Part shown: positions 48,661 through 58,600 of the stretch, one piece after another
Position numbering within the stretch: the stretch's first letter is position 1
How the letters are laid out: every line of letters starts with the position of its first letter
Assembly: GCA_013288325.1 (NCBI GenBank)
Contig: JABDCB010000008.1
Span: 1,620 to 65,619 of the forward strand
Reading direction: 5' to 3'
Length of the DNA stretch: 64,000 nt
Source of the DNA: Bacteroidota bacterium
Lineage (GTDB): Bacteria; Bacteroidota; Bacteroidia; Palsa-965
Made by a program: the position numbers and the translations under genes
The notes under the pieces: generated by a model
Told to the model about the DNA's origin: nothing
Database searches by the model: none
What the model saw: the letters and a program-made list of their open reading frames with translations, nothing else

Positions 48661-49419
48661 ATGATCATATTTGTAACCGGGGCGACAGCAGGATTCGGAA
48701 AAGCTATCGCCACTTTGTTTGCTAAAAACAACTACTCCGTCATCATTACAGGAAGAAGAAAAGAACGGCTGGAAGCCCTTGCACAAGAGCTCCGGCAGCA
48801 ATACAAAGTAAAAATACTAACCCTTTGTTTTGACGTTCGCCATTTTGCCGAAGTGGAAAAAGCCGTTGCTTCCCTGCCTCCCGAATGGAAAGAAGTGGAT
48901 ATACTCGTTAATAATGCCGGACTTGCAGCCGGCTTCGGACCCATCCAGGAAGGACAGATAGACGATTGGGAACGGATGATCGATACCAATATCAAAGGTT
49001 TGTTGTATATGACACGGCAACTTGTGCCGGGAATGATTGAACGCAAAAAAGGACATATCATCAACATCGGTTCTATTGCGGGAAAAGAAGTGTATGCCAA
49101 CGGGAATGTATACTGTGCCACCAAATTTGCTGTGGATGCACTTAACAAAGCCATGCGCATTGATCTGGTGCAGCACCATATTAAAGTAAGCTCCATCAGT
49201 CCAGGACTTGCCGAATCGGAGTTCTCCATCGTACGTTATAAAGGGGATCTGGAAAAAGCAAAAAAGGTATACGAGGGTGTGGATCCGCTTACACCGGACG
49301 ATATTGCGGAAACAGTTTATTGGGTAGCCACACGGCCTGCTCATGTCAATATCCTGGATATTGTGCTTACAGCCGAAGCACAGGCCAATACCACCACCCC
49401 TATCCGTCGTAAATCATGA
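48661..49419 (+). CDS. SDR family NAD(P)-dependent oxidoreductase (YdfG-like)
   Basis: TGATAGFG cofactor motif, NNAG, and the catalytic YCATK. 252 aa. Confidence 0.9.
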   Translation: MIIFVTGATAGFGKAIATLFAKNNYSVIITGRRKERLEALAQELRQQYKVKILTLCFDVRHFAEVEKAVASLPPEWKEVDILVNNAGLAAGFGPIQEGQIDDWERMIDTNIKGLLYMTRQLVPGMIERKKGHIINIGSIAGKEVYANGNVYCATKFAVDALNKAMRIDLVQHHIKVSSISPGLAESEFSIVRYKGDLEKAKKVYEGVDPLTPDDIAETVYWVATRPAHVNILDIVLTAEAQANTTTPIRRKS

Positions 49420-50504
49420 CCCCGCTTTTTGTTGATGCCGATATCCGGAAGGCTTCTACCCTTCCATCCGAATTTTATACCCATCCCGATTATTTCAAAG
49501 CATCGGCAGAAAAAATATTCTCCAAGTCCTGGCATTTTATAGGCGATACCGATGAACTGAGGCTGAGTAACTCCCTGCTACCGGTAACCTTGTTGCCGGG
49601 TTTTATGGACGAACCCATCTTATTCACCCGGGATAAAGAAGATGTGATCCATTGTCTTTCCAATGTATGCACCCACCGTGGCAATCTGCTTGTTGAACAT
49701 CCTTGTTCCGAACAACAACAGATTCGGTGCCGCTATCACGGCCGTCGTTTTGATCTGAATGGGAAATTCCGCCACATGCCTGAATTTGAAGACGTGGAAA
49801 ATTTTCCTTCCGAAAAAGATCATCTTCCGTCACTACCCTGGGGCCGCTGGGAGCGATTGCTTTTTGCCTCCATCAAACCGGCATCCGGGCTGGACGACGT
49901 ATTCAAAGAAATGAAGGAACGTGTTTCTTTTCTTCCACTTCGTGAATTCAAACCAGCCCCTTCGCGTTCACGCGATTATCTGGTAAAAGCCAACTGGGCA
50001 CTCTATTGCGAAAATTATCTGGAAGGGTTTCATATTCCTTTTATCCATCAAAGTCTGAATAATGTAATAGACTACAACTCCTATTCCACCGAATTGTACC
50101 CCCACTCCAGCTTGCAGCTTGCCCTTGCAAAAGGAGGAGAAGATGCATTTGACCTGCCTCCAGGCTCACCCGATTACGGAAAACCGGTTGGTGCCTATTA
50201 TTTCTGGGTATTCCCCAATATGATGTTTAACTTTTATCCCTGGGGACTTTCCATCAATATTATTAAACCCATGGGGCCCTCACTTACCAAGGTCTCTTTC
50301 CTCACGTATATCCATGATGAGAGCCGGCTGGATTCGGGTGCAGGTCAATTGCTGGATAAAGTGGAAAGAGAAGATGAAGCGGTGGTAGAAAATGTACAAA
50401 AAGGTATCCAGTCCAGATTATATCATCAAGGCCGCTATTCTCCGAAAAGAGAAACCGGCACACATCATTTCCATCGCCTTATTGCCCATTATATGAACCA
50501 ATAG
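49416..50504 (+). CDS. Rieske [2Fe-2S] non-haem iron oxygenase, alpha-subunit-like
   Basis: CLSNVCTHRG...CRYHGRRF form the Rieske CxH/CxxH ligands. NYLEGFHIPFIH is a mononuclear iron motif. It has an ATGA overlap with the SDR gene. Confidence 0.85.
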   Translation: MTPLFVDADIRKASTLPSEFYTHPDYFKASAEKIFSKSWHFIGDTDELRLSNSLLPVTLLPGFMDEPILFTRDKEDVIHCLSNVCTHRGNLLVEHPCSEQQQIRCRYHGRRFDLNGKFRHMPEFEDVENFPSEKDHLPSLPWGRWERLLFASIKPASGLDDVFKEMKERVSFLPLREFKPAPSRSRDYLVKANWALYCENYLEGFHIPFIHQSLNNVIDYNSYSTELYPHSSLQLALAKGGEDAFDLPPGSPDYGKPVGAYYFWVFPNMMFNFYPWGLSINIIKPMGPSLTKVSFLTYIHDESRLDSGAGQLLDKVEREDEAVVENVQKGIQSRLYHQGRYSPKRETGTHHFHRLIAHYMNQ

Positions 50505-50508
50505 ATTT

Positions 50509-52245
50509 GTGAAAAAAATATTCTCCCCTTTCTTACTTGTTTTTCTTTGCTCCTGCGGAGTAAAACCCAAGGTCAAAGCCGATCTTATTGTATTTCACGC
50601 ACACGTGTACACGGTTGACGGAACATTCAAAACCGTAGAGAGCTTTGCGGTAAAAGACGGAAAAATTCTGGCGCTTGGAAAAAGCGACTCCATCCTTTCC
50701 GAATTTGAATCATCGGATGTGGTGGATGCAAAAGGAAAAACAATTATCCCCGGATTTATCGATGCCCATGCTCATCTGTATGAATATGGAAGGGGCTTGC
50801 AGGAAGTGGATCTGACAGGCACCACCTCTTTTGACGATGTCATAAAACGAATCAGCGATTTTATCAAGAAACATCCCGCCTGTCTGAGCCAGGATAAAAA
50901 CTTCAATCCCAAATGGATCATCGGAAGAGGATGGGATCAGAACGATTGGGCCAACACGGATTTTCCCGATCGTAAAAAACTCGACTCCCTGCTTCCTCAT
51001 CACCCTGTCTTTTTATCTCGTGTTGACGGGCATGCAGCACTTGTGAATGGTGAAGCCCTTAAGTTAGCCGGCATTAAAGAGTGGAAACGGGTTGATGGTG
51101 GATATATAGGACACCGTATCAAGGGTATTGAAAACATGGATATTGATCGTATCGGGTTCGATCAGCTATCCGGCTTGCTCATTGATAATGCCATGGGGCT
51201 TGTTCAGACTATTATCCCTCCGCCCTCCCCCGAAGAAATGAAGGCAGCCCTGACCGATGCGCAACGTAATTGTTTCGCGGTAGGACTCACAACGGTTGTG
51301 GACGCGGGACTGGATAAAAAGATCATAGACCTGATGGATGCCATGCAGAAATCAGGAGAGTTGAAGATGCGTATCTATGCCATGCTCACTGATAATGAAG
51401 AGAACCTGAATTATTATTTAAACAAGGGACAATATAAAACAGAACGACTGGATGTACGATCGTTTAAGTTTTATGCCGACGGGGCGCTGGGATCGAGGGG
51501 TGCTTGTCTCAGCAAACCCTATTCGGATAAACCGGGATATTATGGTTATCTTCTTCATCCTGCCGACTATTATTCAAAGATGGCGGTGAAGATGTTTGAA
51601 AAAGGATTTCAGATGAATACACATTGTATCGGAGATTCGGCCGTGCATATGATTCTTCATATTTATGACAACCTGTTCCGGGATTATATCCGCAAAGGAG
51701 GACATCTGCATTTTGATCCCCGCTGGAGGATAGAACATTTCCAGGTAACCACGCCGGAAGACATTGCTTTACTTACTTTTTCGGGTAACAAACCACCGCC
51801 TTTTATTCCATCTGTACAGCCAACCCATGCCACATCGGATATGTATTGGGCCGGACAACGGTTAGGTCCGGAACGAATCAAATATGCTTATGCCTATAAC
51901 GATCTCCGAAAAGCAGCGGGTATAGTGGCTCTTGGAACCGATTTCCCGGTAGAAGACATCAGCCCTATCAAAACATTTTATGCGGCTGTAGCCCGGATGG
52001 ATGATAAAGGATGGCCTGCGGGAGGATTTCAACCCGAGAATGCATTAAGCCGCCAAGATGCCTTAAAGGGCATGACGATATGGGCAGCTTATGCTAATTT
52101 TGAAGAAAAAGAAAAAGGTAGTCTTGAACCGGGAAAGTTTGCCGATTTCGTCCTCCTCAGTGATGACCTGATGATAACAGAACCGTCCAGATTGCTTTCT
52201 GTTTCCGTTCTGGCCACCTATCTCAACGGAGAGAAAGTCTATTAG
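50509..52245 (+). CDS. Amidohydrolase family protein (YtcJ/amidohydrolase-3-like), lipoprotein
   Basis: Lipobox VFLCSCG and the IPGFIDAHAHL metal-binding HxH motif. 578 aa. GTG start. Confidence 0.85.
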   Translation: MKKIFSPFLLVFLCSCGVKPKVKADLIVFHAHVYTVDGTFKTVESFAVKDGKILALGKSDSILSEFESSDVVDAKGKTIIPGFIDAHAHLYEYGRGLQEVDLTGTTSFDDVIKRISDFIKKHPACLSQDKNFNPKWIIGRGWDQNDWANTDFPDRKKLDSLLPHHPVFLSRVDGHAALVNGEALKLAGIKEWKRVDGGYIGHRIKGIENMDIDRIGFDQLSGLLIDNAMGLVQTIIPPPSPEEMKAALTDAQRNCFAVGLTTVVDAGLDKKIIDLMDAMQKSGELKMRIYAMLTDNEENLNYYLNKGQYKTERLDVRSFKFYADGALGSRGACLSKPYSDKPGYYGYLLHPADYYSKMAVKMFEKGFQMNTHCIGDSAVHMILHIYDNLFRDYIRKGGHLHFDPRWRIEHFQVTTPEDIALLTFSGNKPPPFIPSVQPTHATSDMYWAGQRLGPERIKYAYAYNDLRKAAGIVALGTDFPVEDISPIKTFYAAVARMDDKGWPAGGFQPENALSRQDALKGMTIWAAYANFEEKEKGSLEPGKFADFVLLSDDLMITEPSRLLSVSVLATYLNGEKVY

Positions 52246-52259
52246 TATCTTTGCAAAGG

Positions 52260-53015
52260 ATGCCTTCATACAAAAAGATATTTTTCCTTCTGCTTATTAT
52301 CACCTCCTGTACTGCTGTGTCATCCATGGCACAGTTTGAAGATGCGCACAAACGCAATATCAAATACCAGCTTATCGGCTTCGCGTTGGTCAATTCCTAT
52401 GCCAATGACAATCGTATTACTTCCAACACACAAGCTACCATGGGTGCCGGAGCCGGCTTCCGGATGGAATTACCCATCTCCCGGCAACATACAGATCGCG
52501 ACGTTCGCTTTGCACCGGGGATAGAGATTATTACCGAAGGAGTTAATTTTGATTCCTATTATTTTGCCCAGGGCTATTCTATATTGTACGATGGCAACAT
52601 GGCTTATAATCACAGCATACGCATGACAGAGATATGCATTCCCCTGGTTATGCGTTTCAGCTTTACCAAGAAAGAGGAATCGCTCAAAAACTATTTTTAT
52701 TGTACCGCAGGATGGGAACTCAAGTATACCCTGCAGGCCAAAACAACCATTACCAATACAGCCGATGGCAGCCAGATATACAGTGGCGCTATATCCTTGC
52801 CCTATGAACATCAGTTTCTGGGATCCAACGAAGGAAATGATATTGTGGTAAGCCTGGGCCTTAACCATAACCTGTTTCTGAGCAAGCATTCCGTTGTGTT
52901 TGACCTGGGATATCGGTATGGGTTATCCCGGACTATATACACCGGCAATATGAATAGCAACAATGTGCTTTTCAGAGGCAGCAACATCAGCTTTGGCATC
53001 GGATTGAGGTTGTGA
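52260..53015 (+). CDS. Outer-membrane beta-barrel protein (PorT/OprF-N-like small barrel)
   Basis: Signal peptide ending SSMAQ, with alternating beta-strand pattern to the C-terminus. Confidence 0.55.
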   Translation: MPSYKKIFFLLLIITSCTAVSSMAQFEDAHKRNIKYQLIGFALVNSYANDNRITSNTQATMGAGAGFRMELPISRQHTDRDVRFAPGIEIITEGVNFDSYYFAQGYSILYDGNMAYNHSIRMTEICIPLVMRFSFTKKEESLKNYFYCTAGWELKYTLQAKTTITNTADGSQIYSGAISLPYEHQFLGSNEGNDIVVSLGLNHNLFLSKHSVVFDLGYRYGLSRTIYTGNMNSNNVLFRGSNISFGIGLRL

Positions 53016-53084
53016 TCCATGTCTTTGCCGGAGTAACGGAATATCCATACATTGCTGACATTGTAACAAGATCTTTTTATCGCT

Positions 53085-55166
53085 ATGAAACTATTCCACC
53101 CTATTGGTCTGTGCCTTGCCGGCACTTTTTTAACACTCTCTATGCAAGCCCAGGAAATAAAAGCCTGTTCCGGCAACCCGCTGGAACCTAAATACAATGA
53201 GGTCATGGATTTCAGCCGTTTGTCTGTTCAATCCATTCAGGAAGCTACCGAATGGTATAAGACACAGGTTAATGAAAGCAACCAACGCATCCTTAAGATC
53301 AAGGATGCCGACCGTACTTTCGAAAACACACTGATAGAACTGGATGGCGTTGCCAATCTCATGGATAAAGCCGCCTCTACGCTGGAAGTGATTTTTAGTG
53401 CATCGCCCGACAAAGCATTGCGCGATGCCGCTACGGCCGGTTATCAGGAAATTACATCCCTGGCCAGTGCACAAAGCCTGAATGAATCCATCTATCTGGC
53501 AGTAAAAGCTTATTCCACCACCAAAGATGCTGCCGCTCTGAAAGGGGAACGTAAATTTTTTCTCGACAAGCTGCTTCGTGATTACCATCGGGAAGGATTT
53601 GCCCTGAGTAAGGAAAAAAGAGATACGCTTAAAATGCTGAATGATAAGCTCTCCGATCAGAGTCTTGTATTCCGTAATAATATTGCTCAGGACAATCCCG
53701 AAATAGTGCTCACGGCTGCCGAAATGGAAGGCATGCCCGACGATTTTAAACAGGCACATAAACAGGCCGATGGAAGCTATAAGCTGGATGCAAGCAATCC
53801 AAGCTATATTCCTTTTATGAGTTATGCCAAAAACACAGAGGCGCGTAAAAAATACTATCTCCTTAAAATGAATGTAGGTGCACCTAAAAATGATATCCTT
53901 TTAGCTGAAATCATCAAGGTTCGAACACAAAAGGCACGGCTGCTGGGTTATCAGACCTATTCCGAATATGCTGTTGACCCCATCATGTCGAAAAACAAGA
54001 AGAATGTATGGGATTTTGAAAACACCCTTAAAACGGATCTGCGCCCGAAAGCCGAATCAGAATACAAAGAACTTCTTGCTCTGAAAAGTAAGGTAACAGG
54101 AAAAGCAGAAACCATTATCTACCCCTACGAAAGTGCGTATTACACCAATATGTTGCTGGAAAGCAAATACAAGGTGGATGAAGAAAAGGTAAAAGAGTAT
54201 TTCGAACTTCAAAATGTGATCAAAGGACTGTTCACTGTTTATCAGCGTATTTATAACTTATCTTTTATTGAGGATAAACATCCCAGCGTTTGGAATCCCG
54301 ATGTACAGGCTTTTCAGGTAACCGACAACAGTACCCATAAAATAATCGGTTATTTCTACCTTGATCTATACCCGCGTGACAATAAGTATAAACATGCCGC
54401 CTGCTTTCCCATTACCGATGCTAAGAAATGTGCCGAAGGACGTCAGCTGGCCAGTGCATCACTCATTTGCAATTTCCCGAAACCGGCCACAGGACATCCT
54501 TCCCTCATGACCCATTCGGATGTACAAACCTTATTTCACGAGTTCGGACATCTGATGCATGCCATGGTGAGTGAAACAGAGCTGGCAAGCTTTGCCGGAA
54601 CCAATGTGGTCACCGATTTTGTAGAAGCTCCTTCACAGATTATGGAAAACTGGGTATGGAACAAATCTGTACTATCTATGTTTGCCAAACACTATCAGAC
54701 AGGCGAGGTTATTCCTTCCGAACTGCTGGATCGTATGATTGCTTCGCAAAATGCCACTTCCGGCTTACAGGCCTTGCAACAAGTGCTTTATGGAACCCTT
54801 GATTTTACACTGAACGATGGTTTTGCTGCGAATGATAATCACTCTATTCCTGATCTGGTTAAAAAACTTCAGAACAGCATCACCCTTTATCCTTATGTGG
54901 AAGGCGCTCATTTTGAAGCCAGTTTCGGGCATCTTACCGGTTATGCTTCTCAGTACTATGGTTATCTCTGGTCCAAAGTATATGCACAGGATATGTTTTC
55001 TGTATTTGCTTCTGATCCTCTGGAACCAAAAACAGGAGATCGCTTCCGTCGTATGGTGCTTGCCAAAGGAGGAAGTGATGATGCATTGAATCTGGTCAAA
55101 AATTTCCTGGGCCGGGAGCCTAATAACAAAGCGTTCCTCAAAACACTGGGGTTGGAGACTAAGTAG
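53085..55166 (+). CDS. M3 family metallopeptidase (oligopeptidase A / peptidyl-dipeptidase Dcp-like)
   Basis: HEFGHLMH zincin motif with a downstream glutamate (FVEAPSQ). It has a signal peptide. 693 aa. Confidence 0.9.
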   Translation: MKLFHPIGLCLAGTFLTLSMQAQEIKACSGNPLEPKYNEVMDFSRLSVQSIQEATEWYKTQVNESNQRILKIKDADRTFENTLIELDGVANLMDKAASTLEVIFSASPDKALRDAATAGYQEITSLASAQSLNESIYLAVKAYSTTKDAAALKGERKFFLDKLLRDYHREGFALSKEKRDTLKMLNDKLSDQSLVFRNNIAQDNPEIVLTAAEMEGMPDDFKQAHKQADGSYKLDASNPSYIPFMSYAKNTEARKKYYLLKMNVGAPKNDILLAEIIKVRTQKARLLGYQTYSEYAVDPIMSKNKKNVWDFENTLKTDLRPKAESEYKELLALKSKVTGKAETIIYPYESAYYTNMLLESKYKVDEEKVKEYFELQNVIKGLFTVYQRIYNLSFIEDKHPSVWNPDVQAFQVTDNSTHKIIGYFYLDLYPRDNKYKHAACFPITDAKKCAEGRQLASASLICNFPKPATGHPSLMTHSDVQTLFHEFGHLMHAMVSETELASFAGTNVVTDFVEAPSQIMENWVWNKSVLSMFAKHYQTGEVIPSELLDRMIASQNATSGLQALQQVLYGTLDFTLNDGFAANDNHSIPDLVKKLQNSITLYPYVEGAHFEASFGHLTGYASQYYGYLWSKVYAQDMFSVFASDPLEPKTGDRFRRMVLAKGGSDDALNLVKNFLGREPNNKAFLKTLGLETK

Positions 55167-55198
55167 AACTTAATATTTCCTCTATTTAAAGGCGTTGT

Positions 55199-55312
55199 TA
55201 TCCTCCCCCTGCCCCCTCCAAAGGGGGACAACTTACCGTACATTCCAAGCCTGCCCCCCCTCCAGAGGGAGACCGGCTTTTATCCCCCTCCGGAGGGGGC
55301 AGGGGGAGGATA
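55199..55312. repeat. MITE/REP-like palindromic element, copy 2 (114 bp, perfect 21-bp terminal inverted repeats)
   Basis: TATCCTCCCCCTGCCCCCTCC (55199-55219) is the exact reverse complement of GGAGGGGGCAGGGGGAGGATA (55292-55312). It shares the interior blocks GGGGGACA, GCCCCCC..AGAGG and TATCCCCCT with copy 1. Confidence 0.6.
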
Positions 55313-55447
55313 GAAACTCTCACTTACACACAAACCCGCTCAATGACCCATAGAATCATTGCACGCTCGTTTGGAGAGGACAAGAGAAGGACTTACCTTG
55401 TAATTCAAGGATTATGTTCCAAACTCAACTCAGAAAAAACAGATGGA

Positions 55448-58327
55448 TTAATTGATTGCTTTGCCCCAGAAATTATTGGCAATACATTCCTGAAGGAGTT
55501 TACGTTCTCCTTTATAAGAGGCGGTGATCCAGGCATCTTTCGTACCTAATGAAATACATTTCTGACGGAACGATTCGGCCTCCTGCAGGGTTTTAAACTC
55601 CCTCATGGTGAAACGGGTGATCCCATCGGCATAAGGTTTTACATTGGCCGGAGGTGGCTCCAGTGATTTCAGATTGGCATGCTTGAAATTTTCAGGATGG
55701 CGATATGCACCAATCTGAACTGTAAAGGATAATTGTTCCGTACAAAACCGACCTACCGTAGCAACAAGCTTATTATAAATCTCTTTGTTGTTCAGATCCT
55801 GTCCCACAAAAGCAGATACATTGATAAGTGTATCGGTGAGACAAGGGCCGCTGGCTACCGGAGGAGCTTTCACTACGGTATCAACAACCGGTGTCTTTTT
55901 GTGTTCTTCAAAATATTGCTGCACAGTCTTTGTCTTTCCGAAATCCAGTACCATAACAACGGATTTGGCAGCAGCAGCATTTTTTGCAACCAGGCTATCT
56001 TTTGCATTGGCGGCTTCGGCCAGCGTAGCATAAGGACCCATCGAATAGTGAATGGTACCATCGGCATATTTCTTCTTTTCTACCTTTCCATACTTCTCAA
56101 AAGGAGTGGGGTCAAAATCTTTTTCGTTCTTCACCACCGCAAGTTCCAGCTTATAGCTTAACCCTTCTGCTTTAAAATCGCCATGATCTTTCACCAGGTT
56201 ATTCAACTCTTTATCATGAGGTGTCGAGCTTGCTGTTGCTGCATCTATCGCCTTTTGTGCTTTACATTTCTGCAGTATGGTATTCACCGGTGGAATATAG
56301 TCCTTGCGTTTATAATCACTGGCAAAGTATTTCTGAGCAGTTTCCCTTACCCCGTGATTATTAACGGTAACAGCAGAGTAATGAATGGATGTATCCAGCT
56401 TAAGTGCTCTCTGACGTACCAATTCAGCATCCAGTAAGGTCTGAAAAGGTCCTACATAAAAGATAGTGGCGTTTTCAAAATCTGTCTTTGTCTGAATTTT
56501 CCCAACCGCATTTATATGTGTTGAGTCAAAATCCTTAGGGCATTCAAATCTTCCGAGTTCTACATCGTATTCAACACTGTCATGACGATCTTCTCCATGC
56601 AGGGTCATGATCTTTTTATAAGTAAGCGATTCGTAAACGCCATAATTCTGTTCCGAGCGATATTTAGCAATTTGCTGATCTATTTTTGCCTGCAGGCTAT
56701 TAGCTGAATCGGCAAGCGTTACTTTCTTTGCATTGGGGTTGCCGGGTGAATACATTTTAACATCGTCGGTAACCTGCACAAAGGTTTCAATGCTCTTTAC
56801 ATTTACATATTCAATGTGAGGATCCAGTCCATCCACTTCAATGGCCACTTTGTATTCGTTACCTGGCGTTAAGGCGATAAGGTATTTACCACTGGCCGAG
56901 TTGGAGTTATAAAGTCCCTGCTCCTGACCGGTTGTTACATTGGTAACCCTTACTCTTGAATCGGCCGGCTTGTCGTTTACCATTACCGTACCTACCACCA
57001 GAGCAAGTACAGGACGTTCACCCTGGAAACCGGGGCTTACGGTATAGATATCCTGTCCACCTGCACCACCGGCACGATCGGAAGAGAAATAACCGAACTC
57101 ACCGCTTGCTGTAAGTACATAATAACGTTCATCCTCTGTCGTATTCAGAGGATAACCAAGATTCACAGGCTCAGACCAGAGACCGTCCTTTTTGGTTGAA
57201 TACATGATATCGTATCCGCCCATACTGTTATGGCCTTTAGAACTGAAGAAAAGGTCAATCCCATCCGGGTGAATAAATGGAGCATCATCATCATACTCTG
57301 TATTTACTGCTGGTCCCAGGTTCTGAGCTGGTCCCCATTCCCCATCAGTCTGTTTCTGGGAAACATAAATATCTCTTCCTCCATAACCGCCTTTCCTGTC
57401 GCTGGCAAAATAAAGTAATTGCCCGTCACTGGTTATGGAACAGCTTCCTTCCCAGGAATTATTGGAATTGATATTAGGTCCAAGCTTTTTAGGTTCTGTC
57501 CATTGATCCCCTTTAAGAACGCTGATATAAATATCGCCCTTGTCTTTTTCCGTGCTTTTAAAAATGAATAAGGTTTGTCCGTCTGACGATAAGGCTATAC
57601 TTGCATCATGGCCCTTTGTATTGATATTTTCACTGATACTTTCCGGAGTAAGCCAGTCCTTACCTACCCGCTGCGAAATAAAGACATCCTCATAATAATC
57701 ACCATCCGGATCGGGATTAAATTCATCATCCATCAGTCCGCCTTTGCTGCGTTCTCCTTTATAAGTGAAAATAAGGGTTGATTCATCCGAAGATATTACC
57801 GGTGCATATTCATCGGCAGCTGTATTGATAGGAGTGCCGGTATTTATAATATCAGCTTCCATCGGTCGCTGAATCAGGATTTTTCCGTTTTGGCAATATT
57901 CAATATAGTGGCTGGCAATCTTCTTTTTGGAAGGCGATGGGTTGTCGGAAAGGTATCGGTTAAAAAGGTCGATGGCTTCATCAAACTTATTGTTCAGGTG
58001 ATAGGCCATCCCCAGGTAACATTTCATTTCAGGCAGGGAAGGATTGATACGCTGAGCAATCTCAAGCTCTGTAATAGATTTGAGCTTTTCATCACTTTTA
58101 TGAAGATAGCAGATCCCCATTTTATAATGGTAGTAAGCATTGGTGGAGTCGGTAGCGGAAAGCTTGATGAAATAAGGAAGTGCTCTGATATACTGCCCGT
58201 CATCGAAAAAGTATTCCGCCGAACCCAGCATATCCTCCTGTAAACGGGACGGCTTTTTATGCTTCTGAGCCATCAAAGGCTGACAGAAAAAATAGAAAAG
58301 GAAGGAAATTAACAGGATTTTTTTCAT
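55448..58327 (-). CDS. Envelope protein: signal peptide, TPR, PD40/TolB-like beta-propeller repeats, CarboxypepD_reg-like domain and three C-terminal SPOR-like modules
   Basis: The signal peptide MKKILLISFLFYFFCQPLMAQ starts at ATG 58327. PD40 units include ITSDGQLLYFASDRKGGYGGRDIY and GYFSSDRAGGAGGQDIY. SPOR-like modules include FTVQIGAYRHP..., YSMGPYATLAEAANAKD and FYVGPFQTLLDAELVRQRA. Confidence 0.8.
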   Translation of the reverse strand: MKKILLISFLFYFFCQPLMAQKHKKPSRLQEDMLGSAEYFFDDGQYIRALPYFIKLSATDSTNAYYHYKMGICYLHKSDEKLKSITELEIAQRINPSLPEMKCYLGMAYHLNNKFDEAIDLFNRYLSDNPSPSKKKIASHYIEYCQNGKILIQRPMEADIINTGTPINTAADEYAPVISSDESTLIFTYKGERSKGGLMDDEFNPDPDGDYYEDVFISQRVGKDWLTPESISENINTKGHDASIALSSDGQTLFIFKSTEKDKGDIYISVLKGDQWTEPKKLGPNINSNNSWEGSCSITSDGQLLYFASDRKGGYGGRDIYVSQKQTDGEWGPAQNLGPAVNTEYDDDAPFIHPDGIDLFFSSKGHNSMGGYDIMYSTKKDGLWSEPVNLGYPLNTTEDERYYVLTASGEFGYFSSDRAGGAGGQDIYTVSPGFQGERPVLALVVGTVMVNDKPADSRVRVTNVTTGQEQGLYNSNSASGKYLIALTPGNEYKVAIEVDGLDPHIEYVNVKSIETFVQVTDDVKMYSPGNPNAKKVTLADSANSLQAKIDQQIAKYRSEQNYGVYESLTYKKIMTLHGEDRHDSVEYDVELGRFECPKDFDSTHINAVGKIQTKTDFENATIFYVGPFQTLLDAELVRQRALKLDTSIHYSAVTVNNHGVRETAQKYFASDYKRKDYIPPVNTILQKCKAQKAIDAATASSTPHDKELNNLVKDHGDFKAEGLSYKLELAVVKNEKDFDPTPFEKYGKVEKKKYADGTIHYSMGPYATLAEAANAKDSLVAKNAAAAKSVVMVLDFGKTKTVQQYFEEHKKTPVVDTVVKAPPVASGPCLTDTLINVSAFVGQDLNNKEIYNKLVATVGRFCTEQLSFTVQIGAYRHPENFKHANLKSLEPPPANVKPYADGITRFTMREFKTLQEAESFRQKCISLGTKDAWITASYKGERKLLQECIANNFWGKAIN

Positions 58328-58600
58328 CCGTATGTTTACACTAAACAACCGTATACCCCTTGGTATTGGCATCAGAAATCAAGTGTTTCAGCATTTTTCA
58401 ATGCCCTAAATTGATTAAAAATAATAGGGAGTAGAACTACCTCATTTTGAACTTATAAACTCTGCTTTGTTGAAAACCACGGTTTTTCGAACCCTCCATC
58501 CCTGTGGAAAACCCACGATTGACAGGGGTTATAACAATATAAAGGCTCTGGGTTTCTTAATAATAATTTCTATCTTTAAACGGGTATTGATTCCTCTTTT

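Noticed and set aside
58472-58517. Direct repeat GAAAACCACG (58472-58481) / GAAAACCCACG (58507-58517) in the divergent promoter region, as a possible operator pair.
   Set aside because: It is only 10-11 nt with an indel, and there is no adjacent regulator gene. That is too weak to call without comparative data.
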